A DNA stretch of 64,000 nucleotides from positions 70,370,001 through 70,434,000 of the forward strand of contig OX597832.1 in the NCBI GenBank assembly GCA_951406725.2. The letters are read 5' to 3'. The notes beneath the pieces were generated by a model that saw only the letters and a program-made list of their open reading frames with translations, made no database searches and had not been told where the DNA came from. Positions 52,920 through 64,000 of this stretch are shown piece after piece; position 1 is the stretch's first letter; every line of letters starts with the position of its first letter. Made by a program: the position numbers and the translations under genes. The DNA comes from Octopus vulgaris (lineage: Eukaryota).

Positions 52920-54630
52920 TTGGGAACACTTTCAAACCTGCCTTGCATTCGAACCGGAATCTCAAAAACATTGTTCCCTTCAGCACCAAGCTCAACTGCT
53001 CTATCCTGACATGGAAGGTATCAGCAATGAAATCTATAACAAAACACTCATTGACGTTGAAGACAGAATTGCTAAACTGGGTGGAAATGAATTGTCGACG
53101 TATGGCCTGCCACAGGGTCAAATAGCCTTTCCACTGCTGTCATTCGTGAAACAACTTACGACACTCAAGCGCTTTCAAAGTACATTGTTGAAAATGAGCC
53201 TAAATTACTTCCGGACCAGCTGCAGGCCTACAGAACTATTCTTAACAGTATACGCCAACGCGAGGGACGAATATTCTTCCTCGATGCTCCTGGTGGGACA
53301 GGAAAAACATTTATTACAAAGCTTCTCCTTGCAGAAGTTACGTAGCATCAGGACATTGCAGTAGCTGTAGCCTCCTCGGGCATTGCAGCTACTTTGTTAC
53401 CTGGTGGCAAGACAGCACACTCAACTTTTAAACTCCCTCTCAATTTAGCAGCATCCGAAATGCCTTCATGCAACATCAACAAAAGCTCAGATCAGGGACA
53501 AATACTTAAAATGTGTCACCTAGTTGTCTGGAATGAGTGCACTATGGCTCACAAGGGAGCTTTGGAAGCATTAGATAGAGCCCTGAAAGACATCCGAGAC
53601 TGTCAGGCTCCAATCGGAGGTTTAACGCTTCTGTTGTCAGGTGATTTCAGGCAAACTCTTCCTGTCATTCCGAAAGGCACTAGAGCTGATGAAGTTCAAG
53701 CATGCCTAAAGTCCTCTACCCTGTGGCATCATGTTACAATCTTTAGTCTCACCACTAACATGAGAGCTCAGCTACACGACGACAAAATGTCCACAAAGTT
53801 TGCACATGACATTATGACACTTGGTGAAGACAAGATGCCTCTCGATGCTGCAGGACAAATGGAAGTGTGGTCATTTTCCTCTGTTGTTAATTCTGTAGAT
53901 GACCTCAAAAACAAAGTCTTTCCCAACTTAACACAAAACTACCAAAATCACAATTGGCTGTGTGAAAGAGCAATATTAGCTCCAAAAAACGTCGCTGTTA
54001 ACAAAATTAATCAACAGCTAATGCATTCTCTTCCGGGCACTATACACACTTACAAGTCTGTTGATACAATTCCAGATATAAACGAAGTTGTGAACTATCC
54101 TCCTGAATTTCTCAATTCACTGGAGCCTCCTGGACTACCTCCACACATATTACCACTTAAAGTTGGAACTCCTGTAATGCTACTCCGCAATCTGGAACCA
54201 CCAATACTTTGCAATGGAACACGACTGGTGATAAAGAAAATGATGTCACACGTTATCGAGGCGATCATTCTTTCTGGATGTGGAAAAGTTGATGACGTCT
54301 TTATTCCAAGATTTCCTCTTACTCCATCAGGAGGAGAAATTCCATTACATTCAGAAGACTGCAATTCCCCCTTCGTGTCAGCTTTGCCATGTCCATTAAT
54401 AAATCTCAGGGTCAAACCCTCTCTGTAGCTGGTCTTCTCTTGGAAGAGCCCTGCTTCTCGCATAGGCAACTGTATGTTGGCTGCTCAAGAGTAGGAACCA
54501 AAAGAAACCTTTTTGTATATGCTCCACAAGGAAAAACGAGGAACATTGTTTACAACGAGGTGTTATAATCTCAACAGCCAGGAGGTATATACATAATCCC
54601 CTTTTTTTTAACAAACTTCATGTACTTTCA
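52920..54630 (+). mobile_element. Helitron RepHel PIF1-like helicase relic (frameshifted)
   Basis: Walker A FLDAPGGTGKTF (~53275), AVASSGIAATLLPGGKTAHSTFKLP, WNECTM, GDFRQTLPV, RAILAPKN, EFLNSL.PPGLPPH, LCNGTRL, AMSINKSQGQTL, FSH.QLYV..SRV and TRNIVY. Confidence 0.92.
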
Positions 54631-54679
54631 TGTATTTATATTAATATACATATATTTGTGTGTGTGTGTGTGTGTGTAT

Positions 54680-54710
<31 letters not shown>

Positions 54711-54717
<7 letters not shown>

Positions 54718-54775
54718 CAGAAAAGTCTAATTCTTCTATTGAATCTAACCGGGCAACGCCGGGTATCTCTACTAG
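54711..54775 (+). mobile_element. Helitron 3' terminus
   Basis: ACCGGGCAACGCCGGGT-atctcta-CTAG^T: hairpin followed by CTAG. Confidence 0.65.
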
Positions 54776-54789
54776 TATATATATATATA

Positions 54790-56282
54790 TTTACTTCCTG
54801 TCCCAGGTAGACATATTCCCTCACCTCCTCTATTTCATCACTGCCGATCACCATTCGACCTGTTGGTACATTGTCTGACCGCATGAACTTTATTTTCATG
54901 CGGTTCATCTTGAGACCTACTGCAGAACTTTTGATGTCGAGCTCCGTCAGCATGGTCTGAAGCTGATCCATGTATTCAGCGATGAGTACGATGTCGTCAG
55001 CGAAACGGAGGTGAGTGAGGAGCTCGCCATTGATGTTGACACCACATTGCCAGTCGATGCCCCTGATGATCTGTTCGAGACATGCAGTGAAAAGTTTTGG
55101 GGAGATTGTATCCCCTTGCTTCACTCCCTTCTCAACCGGCACTCGTATGGGTGATGGCAGTAGAGCTATGTCGGTGGTGCATCCGGAATTTGCCTCTCTG
55201 AACAGCTGCACATATTGCGCTTCGATTCCTTGCCTCTGCATCGAGTTCAGCACTGCTTTGGTTTCGACGCTATCGAAGGCCTTCTCATAATCTATAAACG
55301 CAACGCAAAGAGGCAGCTTGTACTCATTTGCTCGCTCAAGCAGTTGCGTTAGAGTAAATATATGGTCCATTGTGCTGTAGTTCTCCCGGAAACCTGCTTG
55401 TTCCCTCGGTAGTTGTTCGTCGAGACGACGTGACAACCTGTTCAGAATTATCTTTGTGAACAGCTTGTACACGTGAGACAGCAGGCATATGGGTCGGTAG
55501 TTTTTAGATCTTCTCTGTCGCCCTTCTTATACAGCAGGATGGTATTTGAATCTTTCCACTGCGAGGGAATTCTTCCCTCGTCTAGATAGTGCGTAAATCG
55601 CTCAGCGAGGATTTTCCAGAGCTACTCTCTGCCTGACTTTAGCACCTCCGATGTTATACCGTCTTTCCCTGGAGCCTTTCCGTTTTTCATCGAGCCGATG
55701 GCTCTTTCAACCTCACTGATAAGGATATCAAAAAGGAGATCTCACGGAGAGTAAGGGCTGGATGGAAGGCGTTCAATGGCATAAGGGATGTGCCCAAGGG
55801 AAGGTTGGACACGACCACCCGCTCCAACCTCATTAACAGTGCAGTTCTGCCTGCAATGTTATATGGTAGTGAAACATGGGCTACTACAAAGAGAGAAAAT
55901 CAAAGACTGGTAACGGCTCAAAGAGCCATGGAAAGGTCAATGCTTGGTATCTCGTTGAGAGAGCACATAAGTAGCAAGCTGAGAGAGCACATAAGTTCGG
56001 CGTGAGAGATGTCATCGCAGAGTATACACGCAGCAAGTATAGATGGGCTGGACACGTCGCCCGGCTCACCGATAATCGGTGGACGCACGCAATTGTCGAG
56101 TTGTACCCGCGTGAGCGGAAAAGACCACCCGGAAGACCTCCACGACGGTGGAGTTACGATTTCAGGAGGACGATTGGGATCACGTGGATGAGAAAGGCGC
56201 GATCCAGAGAGGAGTGGACAGCGTGCTGTGACCAGCGGTGTCAAATGGACGCCTGACGGACTGGTCGGTCAAGGTGATCAGG

Positions 56283-56288
<6 letters not shown>
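54790..56288. mobile_element. RTE (BovB-like) LINE copy with an inverted 5' segment
   Basis: Minus 54790-55726: KAPGKDGI, EQAGFR, FIDYEKAFDSV, GVKQGDTISPKLF, LRFADDIVL, YVYLGQ. Plus 55723-56288: DIKKEISRRVRAGWKAF, LYGSETW, WAGHVAR, RPPGRPPRRW, ending in the 9-bp repeated tail caaggtgat-cagggtgat. Lies in (TA)n. Confidence 0.9.
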
Positions 56289-56367
<79 letters not shown>

Positions 56368-56385
56368 ACATATATATAGATATAG

Positions 56386-56417
<32 letters not shown>

Positions 56418-56549
56418 CTATATATATATATAGATATGGGTCGAATGGCCTATTGAGGCCGTTCCTCAATTGTTGTTGAAAGTATATATATATATATATA
56501 TATATATTGTGTGTGTGTGTGTATATATATGTATATATATGTATATATG

Positions 56550-56597
<48 letters not shown>

Positions 56598-56612
56598 TAC
56601 ATACATATATAC

Positions 56613-56685
<73 letters not shown>

Positions 56686-56695
56686 TATATATACT

Positions 56696-57475
56696 TTCAA
56701 CAACAATTGAGGAACGGCCTCAATAGGCCATTCGACCCACTAGAAAGAGCAGCCAGGACTCAAACCGCCAGGAATAGGGTAAATGTTTTTAATTTTCCTT
56801 TAATTTCTGAATTACTACTACTTGGCGGTTTGAGTCCTGGCTGCTCTTTCTAGTGGGTCGAATGGCCTATTGAGGCCGTTCCTCAATTGTTGTTGAATTT
56901 ATATATACAGTCTCTGACTATTTTCTCTTTTTCACTAGACCGCTGGTGGCGAAAACATTTCTATTTAATTTTTTGCTACCCTATATTGATTAATTGATGA
57001 TTTTCTGACTAATTCTGAAATTGAATCAGCAGTTAATATTAGCTGCTGATAAGTTTGGCGCGATTACGGTGGGTTTGAAAATTTTAGGGCAGATATTCCC
57101 GGGGCATAGAAACTGCCTCCTCGTGTATATCTGTCTCTCCTGGCTTCTTTACCGATGAGACGTAGCCTTTGGTAGATTGACTTAAGTTTAATTTAATTTA
57201 ATTAGGCTGGTTTGCCATTAAAAACGTCGAAACAATGCATTGTCTAAAGATGAATAGGGTAAATGTTTTTTTAATTTTCCTTTAATTTCTGAATTACTAC
57301 TACTTGGCGGTTTGAGTCCTGGCTGCTCTTTCTCGTGGGTCGAATGGCCTATTGAGGCCGTTCCTCAATTGTTGTTGAATTTATATATATAGTCTCTGAC
57401 TATTTTCTCTTTCTTAGTAGACCGCTGGTGGCGAAAAATTTTCTATTGAATTTTTTGCTACCCTATATTGATTAA
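56696..57475 (+). mobile_element. ORF-less PLE-like/retrozyme-like element with direct repeats and an inverted 5' piece
   Basis: Direct repeats at 56772-56993 and 57252-57475. 56696-56770 is the reverse complement of 56823-56897. An additional short copy lies at 56438-56480. (TA)n flanks. Confidence 0.75.
57146..57250 (+). ncRNA. Type I hammerhead ribozyme motif, CCGAUGA core
   Basis: TCTTTA-CCGATGA-GACGT...ACGTC-GAAA-CAATGCATTG-TC-TAAAGA. Helix I is a perfect 6 bp, helix II is 5 bp, helix III is a 12-nt palindrome, and the triplet is GUC. Confidence 0.85.
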
Positions 57476-57607
57476 ATATATATATATATATAAATAAGAA
57501 TAAAAAATGGAGTCAACGCAGGTTTAAACAAGTATTTTGCTGCCCTGGTAACTATTCATTCATTTATCCGTGTTAATTGTTAACAAGGTAAAATACACTC
57601 ATCTATT

Positions 57608-57638
<31 letters not shown>

Positions 57639-57957
57639 GTATTTGTGTATGTGTTTATGTATATATATGTTTATGTGTGTGTCTTTGTATCTATGTTTGT
57701 GCCCCACAATATTGCTTGACAACCGATGTTGGTGTGTTCACGTCCCCGTAACTTTGCTGTACGTCTAAAGGCTGATAGAATAAGTAAAAGGCTTACGAAG
57801 TCTTGGGGTCGATTTCTTTCCAGTAAAACCCTTTCAGGCGGTGCTCAAGCATTGCCGCAGTCAAATAACTGAAACAAGAAAATAGTAAAACAGTATGTGT
57901 ATGTGTGTGTGTGTGCATGCACGCACACACACATACACACGAAGACATATATGTAGA

Positions 57958-58002
<45 letters not shown>

Positions 58003-58185
58003 GTATGTATGTAGTTACGTATGTATACATGTATGTGTGTATGTATATATATAATTTAGAGAAAAAAACCCTCTATTAAACAATCCAATAATGAAAGATG
58101 TTATTCACACCATATAGAAAACATATACTATAAAAAACGTAATCTAAAAATCAATAAAGTACAATAAATAGTATATATATATATA

Positions 58186-58358
58186 ACCAATGGCCCAGTG
58201 GTTAGGGCAGCGGACTCGCGGTCGTAGGATCGCGGTTTCGATTCCCAGACCAGGCGTTGTGAGTGTTTATTGAGCGAAAACATCTAAAAGCTCCACGAGT
58301 CTCCGGCAGGGATGGTGGTGATCCCTGCTGTACTCTTTCACCAGAACTTTCTCTCACT
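58186..58358 (+). mobile_element. tRNA(Arg)-like-headed SINE (family C)
   Basis: A-box TGGCCCAGTGG, anticodon-like gacTCGcggtc and B-box GTTTCGATTCC, followed by a non-tRNA body. The acceptor stem is not intact, so it is not a tRNA gene. Confidence 0.7.
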
Positions 58359-58360
58359 CA

Positions 58361-58775
58361 TAGGCGCAGGAGTGGCTGTGTGGTAAGTAGCTTGCTAACC
58401 AACCACATGGTTGCGTGTTCAGTCCCACTGCGTGGCATCTAGGGCAAGTGTCTTCTGCTATAGCCCCGGGCCGACCATTGCATTGTGAGTGGAATTGGTA
58501 GACGGAAACTGAAAGAAGCCTGTCGTATATATGTATATATATATGTATGTGTGTGTGTTTGTGTGTCTGTGTTTGTCCCCCTACCATTGCTTGACAACCA
58601 ATGCTGGTGTGTTTACGTTCCCGTCACTTAGCGGTTCGGCAAAAGAGACCGATAGAATAAGTACTGGGCTTACAAAGAATAAGTCCTGGGGTCGATTTGC
58701 TCGACTAAAGGTGGTGCTCCAGCATGGCCGCAGTCACATGACTGAAACATGTAAAAGAGTAAAGAGTAAAGAGTA
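58361..58775 (+). mobile_element. SINE family A, best-preserved full copy
   Basis: taggcgcaggagtggctgtgtggtaagtagcttgc...gttcagtccc...gggcaagtgtcttc...ggtggtgctccagcatggccgcagtcacatgactgaaac with a (taaagag)n tail. Confidence 0.88.
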
Positions 58776-59038
58776 ATATATATATATATATGCATAGTAA
58801 GTGATATCAAGAAGTTTCCGGACTAATTATGTGTAATAGAAAATAACTTCTTTACACGCACTCATATATGTAGATGCATATATATATATACATATATATG
58901 TATACGTATGTATGTATGTATACATGTATGTATTCATGTATGTATACAAATATGTGTATATATATATATATATCGGAAGGTTTGGAGATGATGTACAGGT
59001 ATTATATATTAGAAAAAATGAGATATATATATATATAC

Positions 59039-59112
<74 letters not shown>

Positions 59113-59117
59113 TTATA

Positions 59118-59519
59118 TTCTTTTATTTCTTTCAGTCATTTGGCTATGGCCATGCTGGAGCACCACCTTTAGTCGAACAAATTGACTCCCCAGACTTATT
59201 ATTTGTAAGCCTAGTACTTATTCTATCGGATGTGTTTGCCGAACCGCTAAGTTACTGGTATATAAGCACACCAACATCGTTTGTCAAGGGATGATGTGGG
59301 GACAAACACAGATACACAAACATATACGTATATATACACTCACCCACACACATATACATACGACGGGCTTCTTTCAGCTTCCGTCTACTGAATTCACTCA
59401 CAAGGCTTTGATCGGCCCAAGATTAGAGTAGAAGACATTTGTCCAAGATGCAACGCTGTGAGATTGAACCCAGAGTCATGTTGTTGATAAGCAAGCTCCT
59501 TACCACTCAACCACTCCTA
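59118..59519 (-). mobile_element. SINE family A, full copy
   Basis: Reverse-complement match to 58361-58775 (tttcagtcatttggctatggccatgctggagcaccacc...ttaccactcaaccactcct). Confidence 0.8.
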
Positions 59520-59780
59520 TCGTTTATGTCTTACCTATTTCAGTCGTTAGACTGCGACCATCCTTGGGCACCGACTTGAAGTGTTTTGGGGAAAACGAAG
59601 CACCCACCATCACCACAACCACCATCAACACCACCGCCACCACTCCTACTTGCTTTTTTTTTTGTTTTTAAAGTTTGGCTGTTATCATATCGGTCTGCTT
59701 CACCGAACGCTAAGTTACGTGACATAAACAAACCAACACAGGTTTTCAAGAGGTATTGGGGTATATATACACATACACTC

Positions 59781-59836
<56 letters not shown>

Positions 59837-59983
59837 CGAGCTACATTCAGTTTCCATTTACCACACCCGTTTCATAGTGGAAACCTGAGGGAGATGTTAC
59901 GCAAGGAACCTGGAATCATGGAGTTGGAAGCAAAGTTTTTGCCACCCAGCATCTCCTGTGTGTATGTATGTACGTCTGTCTGC

Positions 59984-60098
<115 letters not shown>

Positions 60099-60194
60099 AA
60101 TATATATATATACACGCACAACACACATACACATTGAGAGAGAGAGTGAGTAAGTGCCAGAGAAATACTGAAAAGGATGAATAAACAAGGTTAT

Positions 60195-60244
<50 letters not shown>

Positions 60245-60526
60245 TGATGGATTGTGAGAAGAAAGTAGCAGGAGAATATAATATTAGGAGTTGTAGTAGC
60301 AGATTTAGTAGGAGGTTGGCAACAGAAATAGTAGCAGTAGTAGGAAGGTGTTGAGTGAGAGTAGCAGTAGCAGGTGTGGTGGAAAGGAAGGAGGAGGAGG
60401 AGAAGGAGACTGGACGTTAATAACAGGTGAGGAAACAATAGGAATAATGGGGGGGTAGCGTGTGCGCACGCGCGCGTGAGACAGATAGCATGGGATAGCG
60501 TGTATATATATCTATATATATGTGTG

Positions 60527-60590
<64 letters not shown>

Positions 60591-60798
60591 AGTGTGTATG
60601 AGAGAGTGGTGGGGAGTGATAGGATAAATAAGAGAATGACGGAGGGATTTTGTGCAATTGTGTGCATGTGTGTTTGTGTGTGTTTGTGTGAGCGCTGCTC
60701 TATGCACCTTGTGTTTGCAAGGGAGAATGCGAATGGAAGAGGAAGTATGTGGCTTGAAAAGTAGAGAGTGCGTTTGACTAATTGCATGTTTGGGAATG

Positions 60799-60870
<72 letters not shown>

Positions 60871-61285
60871 GTAGAAAAGGCGGCAGATGGAAAAAGAAGG
60901 CGGGAGAGGATAGGGAGGACGAGAAAGAGTGATGATAAAAGAGAGGAGAGATAAGAGGCAGTTGAGAAGATAATGTTAGAATGAGTGGGATGGAGGGGAG
61001 AAGAATAGATTTTGAGGAGGGTGGGATGGGGGGAGGGGAAAAAGTTAGAGATGAAGTCTGAGGAAGAAATCGAAATACATAGGGAGAGAGAATGAGAGAA
61101 GATGAGGCGGATGAATAGACATGCAGAGAGGAATAAGGGAGATGGAGGGAGAGAAGGAGAGAAGGAGAGAGACTGAGGAAGAGAGAGATGAACTCAAATA
61201 AGAGATGAAGTTTGAGAAAAAGAAAGGGAAAACAATAGAAATAAAGGATACAGATGTGGATCGTTCGCTCGCTCGCTCGCTCAAT

Positions 61286-61478
<193 letters not shown>

Positions 61479-61758
61479 AAGGCAAAGAGAGAGAGAGAAA
61501 GAAAGAGGAGGAAGAGAAGAAAGGCGAGAGAAAGAGATGTAGAGATAGAATAAGATAGAGATACTTAGAGAGAGGAAGGGGTTGAAAGTAGAGACCTGGC
61601 AGAGGAGAAGGAGCAGTTTAAGTTGTACTGGAGATGAAAAGTAACAGAGAGAAGCTGTCCAGATAAAGAGAGGGAGATAGAGTGAGCTGGAGGCTGGTTA
61701 GAGGAAGAGAGAGAACGCAGTTAGAGATTCGGATACAGAGAGAGAGAAAATAATACAC

Positions 61759-61789
<31 letters not shown>

Positions 61790-61990
61790 CAAGGTGGTAA
61801 CCTGACAGCGCCGTTACTGCAGCGGACAAAATGTTCAGCAGCAATTCTTCCGGTCCTTTATGCTAAGAGTTCAAATTCTGTTGAGGTTCACTTTACTCCC
61901 ATCCAGCAAATAAATACCACTTGAGCAATGGAATCTATGAAATCCTACCCACCACAATTTCAAGCCTTCTGCCTCTGGGAGAATTGTAGA
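61790..61990 (+). mobile_element. SINE family B, degenerate
   Basis: gagttcaaattctgttgaggttcactttactcccatcc...taaatacca. Confidence 0.55.
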
Positions 61991-62065
61991 TATGCATACA
62001 CACACTGACGTGCGCGGGCGCGCGGGTGCGTAATATAAATGCATGTGTATATATACGTGTACATG

Positions 62066-62117
<52 letters not shown>

Positions 62118-62244
62118 TATGTATGTATGTATATATGTAACAAAATAAGCAGCAAGGTTATCCAGAGGTAATACATTACGATCGTTTCATGCAACTCCAT
62201 TTAATTGAACAAAGCAAACATTACATCAATTTACAATATAGAGC

Positions 62245-62323
<79 letters not shown>

Positions 62324-62327
<4 letters not shown>

Positions 62328-62861
62328 TTACAAATATTCTTGTCTGTGGAGACTTATTTTTGTAGTAAAAGGAAATAGTAGTCTTTTGGTTGCTATTTCT
62401 AATATTTTCGGTATGTGGTTTAAGCAAATTGTTGCAAAAAACTCTTATTATTATAATTATATAAATCTTACCGAATATGGTCATTTTCCATACCGAAATA
62501 CTACTAGGTGAAATTTTTTAATTTTATTAAATTAATTATATTTCACCCTATATCTGTAATAACTATATAGACATATATATATAAGCAGAGGCGCGGGCTT
62601 CGAAATGTGGTAAGAAGCTTGTTTTCCAACCACATGGTTCCGTGTTCAGTCCCTCTGCGTAGCAACTTAGGCAAGTGTCTTCTACTATAGTACTATAGCC
62701 TCGGGCCGACCAAAGCTTTGTGAGTGGATTTGGTAGACGGAAACGACATATATATATATATATATATATAATTTAATAATGAGGGTGATAAATTGAATAT
62801 TAATTTAATTAACATCAGTTTAAAACCATTAGTCTAGCATATAGAAAAATCTGAAAATGCA

Positions 62862-62902
<41 letters not shown>

Positions 62903-63309
62903 TAAAGGGTGAAATATAATTACTTTAACAAAATCAATAAATTTCACCTAGTAGTATTTTCGGTATGGAAAGGACCATATTCGGTATAAATTTATATAAT
63001 TATAATAAAGGGTTTTTGTGCAACAAGTTGCTTAAACCACATACCGAAAATATTAGAAATAGTAGTCAAAGGGCTACTATTACTATTACTGCAAAAATAA
63101 GTCCCCGCAAAAAACAGCCCTTGTAACTCATATATGGTAGACTGTGTGGTTCGTTGTTTTCCTTCCTTTTTTTACCATATATGAGTTACAAGGGCTGTTG
63201 TTTGCGGAGACTTACTTTTGTAGTAATTGTAATAGTAGCCCTTTGACTGCTATTTCTAATATTTTCGGTATGTGGTTTAAGCAACTTGTTGCACAAAAAC
63301 CCTTTATTA

Positions 63310-63318
<9 letters not shown>
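62324..63318. repeat. Three copies of a ~145-240 bp AT-rich module forming a long hairpin, with a nested SINE A (62585-62745)
   Basis: Copies at 62324-62556 (+), 62899-63139 (-) and 63173-63318 (+). Arms 62994-63139 and 63173-63318 form an inverted repeat with a ~33 bp loop. Confidence 0.8.
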
Positions 63319-63359
<41 letters not shown>

Positions 63360-63630
63360 TGTGTGTGTGTGAGTGTGTGCGCGCATGTGTATGTATATGT
63401 TTGTGTGTCTGCGTTTGTCCCCCACTTTTGCTTGACAAACGATGTTGATGTGTTTATGACCCTGTAACATAACGGTTCAGCAAGACAACCGATGGAAATT
63501 AGTACTAGACTTACAAAGAATAAGAACCTAGGGTCTGTTTGTCGACTAAAAAGGCGGTACTAGCATGGCCGCAGTCAATTGACTGAAACAAATAAAAGAA
63601 TAAAAGTATATGTATATGTATATATATGTG

Positions 63631-63684
<54 letters not shown>

Positions 63685-63738
63685 TATCTATCTATCTATC
63701 TATATATATATATATAGTGATCAAGAAAGTGAATAAGA

Positions 63739-63935
63739 ATGAAATTTCTGTGTGCACAGTTTGTGACAGACCATGCCTTTCATTTGCTGGGCTCAAATCC
63801 CATTTGTGGACCCATGAAACGAACCTGCACCAACAATTCTGCCGACGTGTCTGTGCATAACTTTCTATGCCATGTATGCCGTAAGGTCTACAAATCCAAC
63901 GGAAGCCTCAAAAGACATTTGAAGATCCACAAAGA
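63739..63935 (+). pseudogene. Two out-of-frame C2H2 zinc-finger motifs, probably a LINE (RTE) C-terminus relic
   Basis: CTVCDRPCLSFAGLKSHLWTH and CHVCRKVYKSNGSLKRHLKIH occur in different frames. There is no TGEKP linker, and the segment starts right after (TA)n. Confidence 0.5.
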
Positions 63936-64000
63936 TCAAATCTTGACTGCAGCTCTTCTGGTTGTCTTTTCAAAACATTGTTTGGTTTAAAAAGACCACA

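Noticed and set aside
53394-54428. Host PIF1 helicase gene
   Set aside because: It is intronless and frameshifted, has Helitron-type motifs, and a hairpin-CTAG terminus lies nearby.
58186-58260. Possible tRNA-Arg(TCG) gene
   Set aside because: A and B boxes are present, but the acceptor stem does not pair and the sequence continues into a SINE body.

Overview
This is eukaryotic, AT-rich DNA saturated with microsatellites and has no recognisable intact host gene. The SINE families and repeat landscape look like Octopus (cephalopod); that assignment is an inference from pattern recognition. Most ORF-track entries are translations of (TA)n, (TATG)n, (GATA)n or (CA)n repeats. The real content is layered transposon debris: a near full-length RTE-type LINE, an RTE copy with a 5' inversion, an L1/Tx1-clade LINE inside a (GATA)n tract, CR1-like fragments, several Penelope-like element (PLE) GIY-YIG fragments, two Helitron PIF1-helicase relics, a head-to-tail chain of non-autonomous Helitrons, a mariner relic and many SINEs. 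The most notable signal is a dense set of more than 10 minimal type I hammerhead ribozyme motifs. They lie in PLE 3' regions and in short ORF-less elements embedded in (TA)n. They include a three-copy G3:C8 compensatory core variant (GUGAACA), a recurrent U4C core (CCGANGA), and one ORF-less element combining a ribozyme, direct and inverted repeats and an intron-like segment. All structures were read by eye; none was folded or searched computationally.
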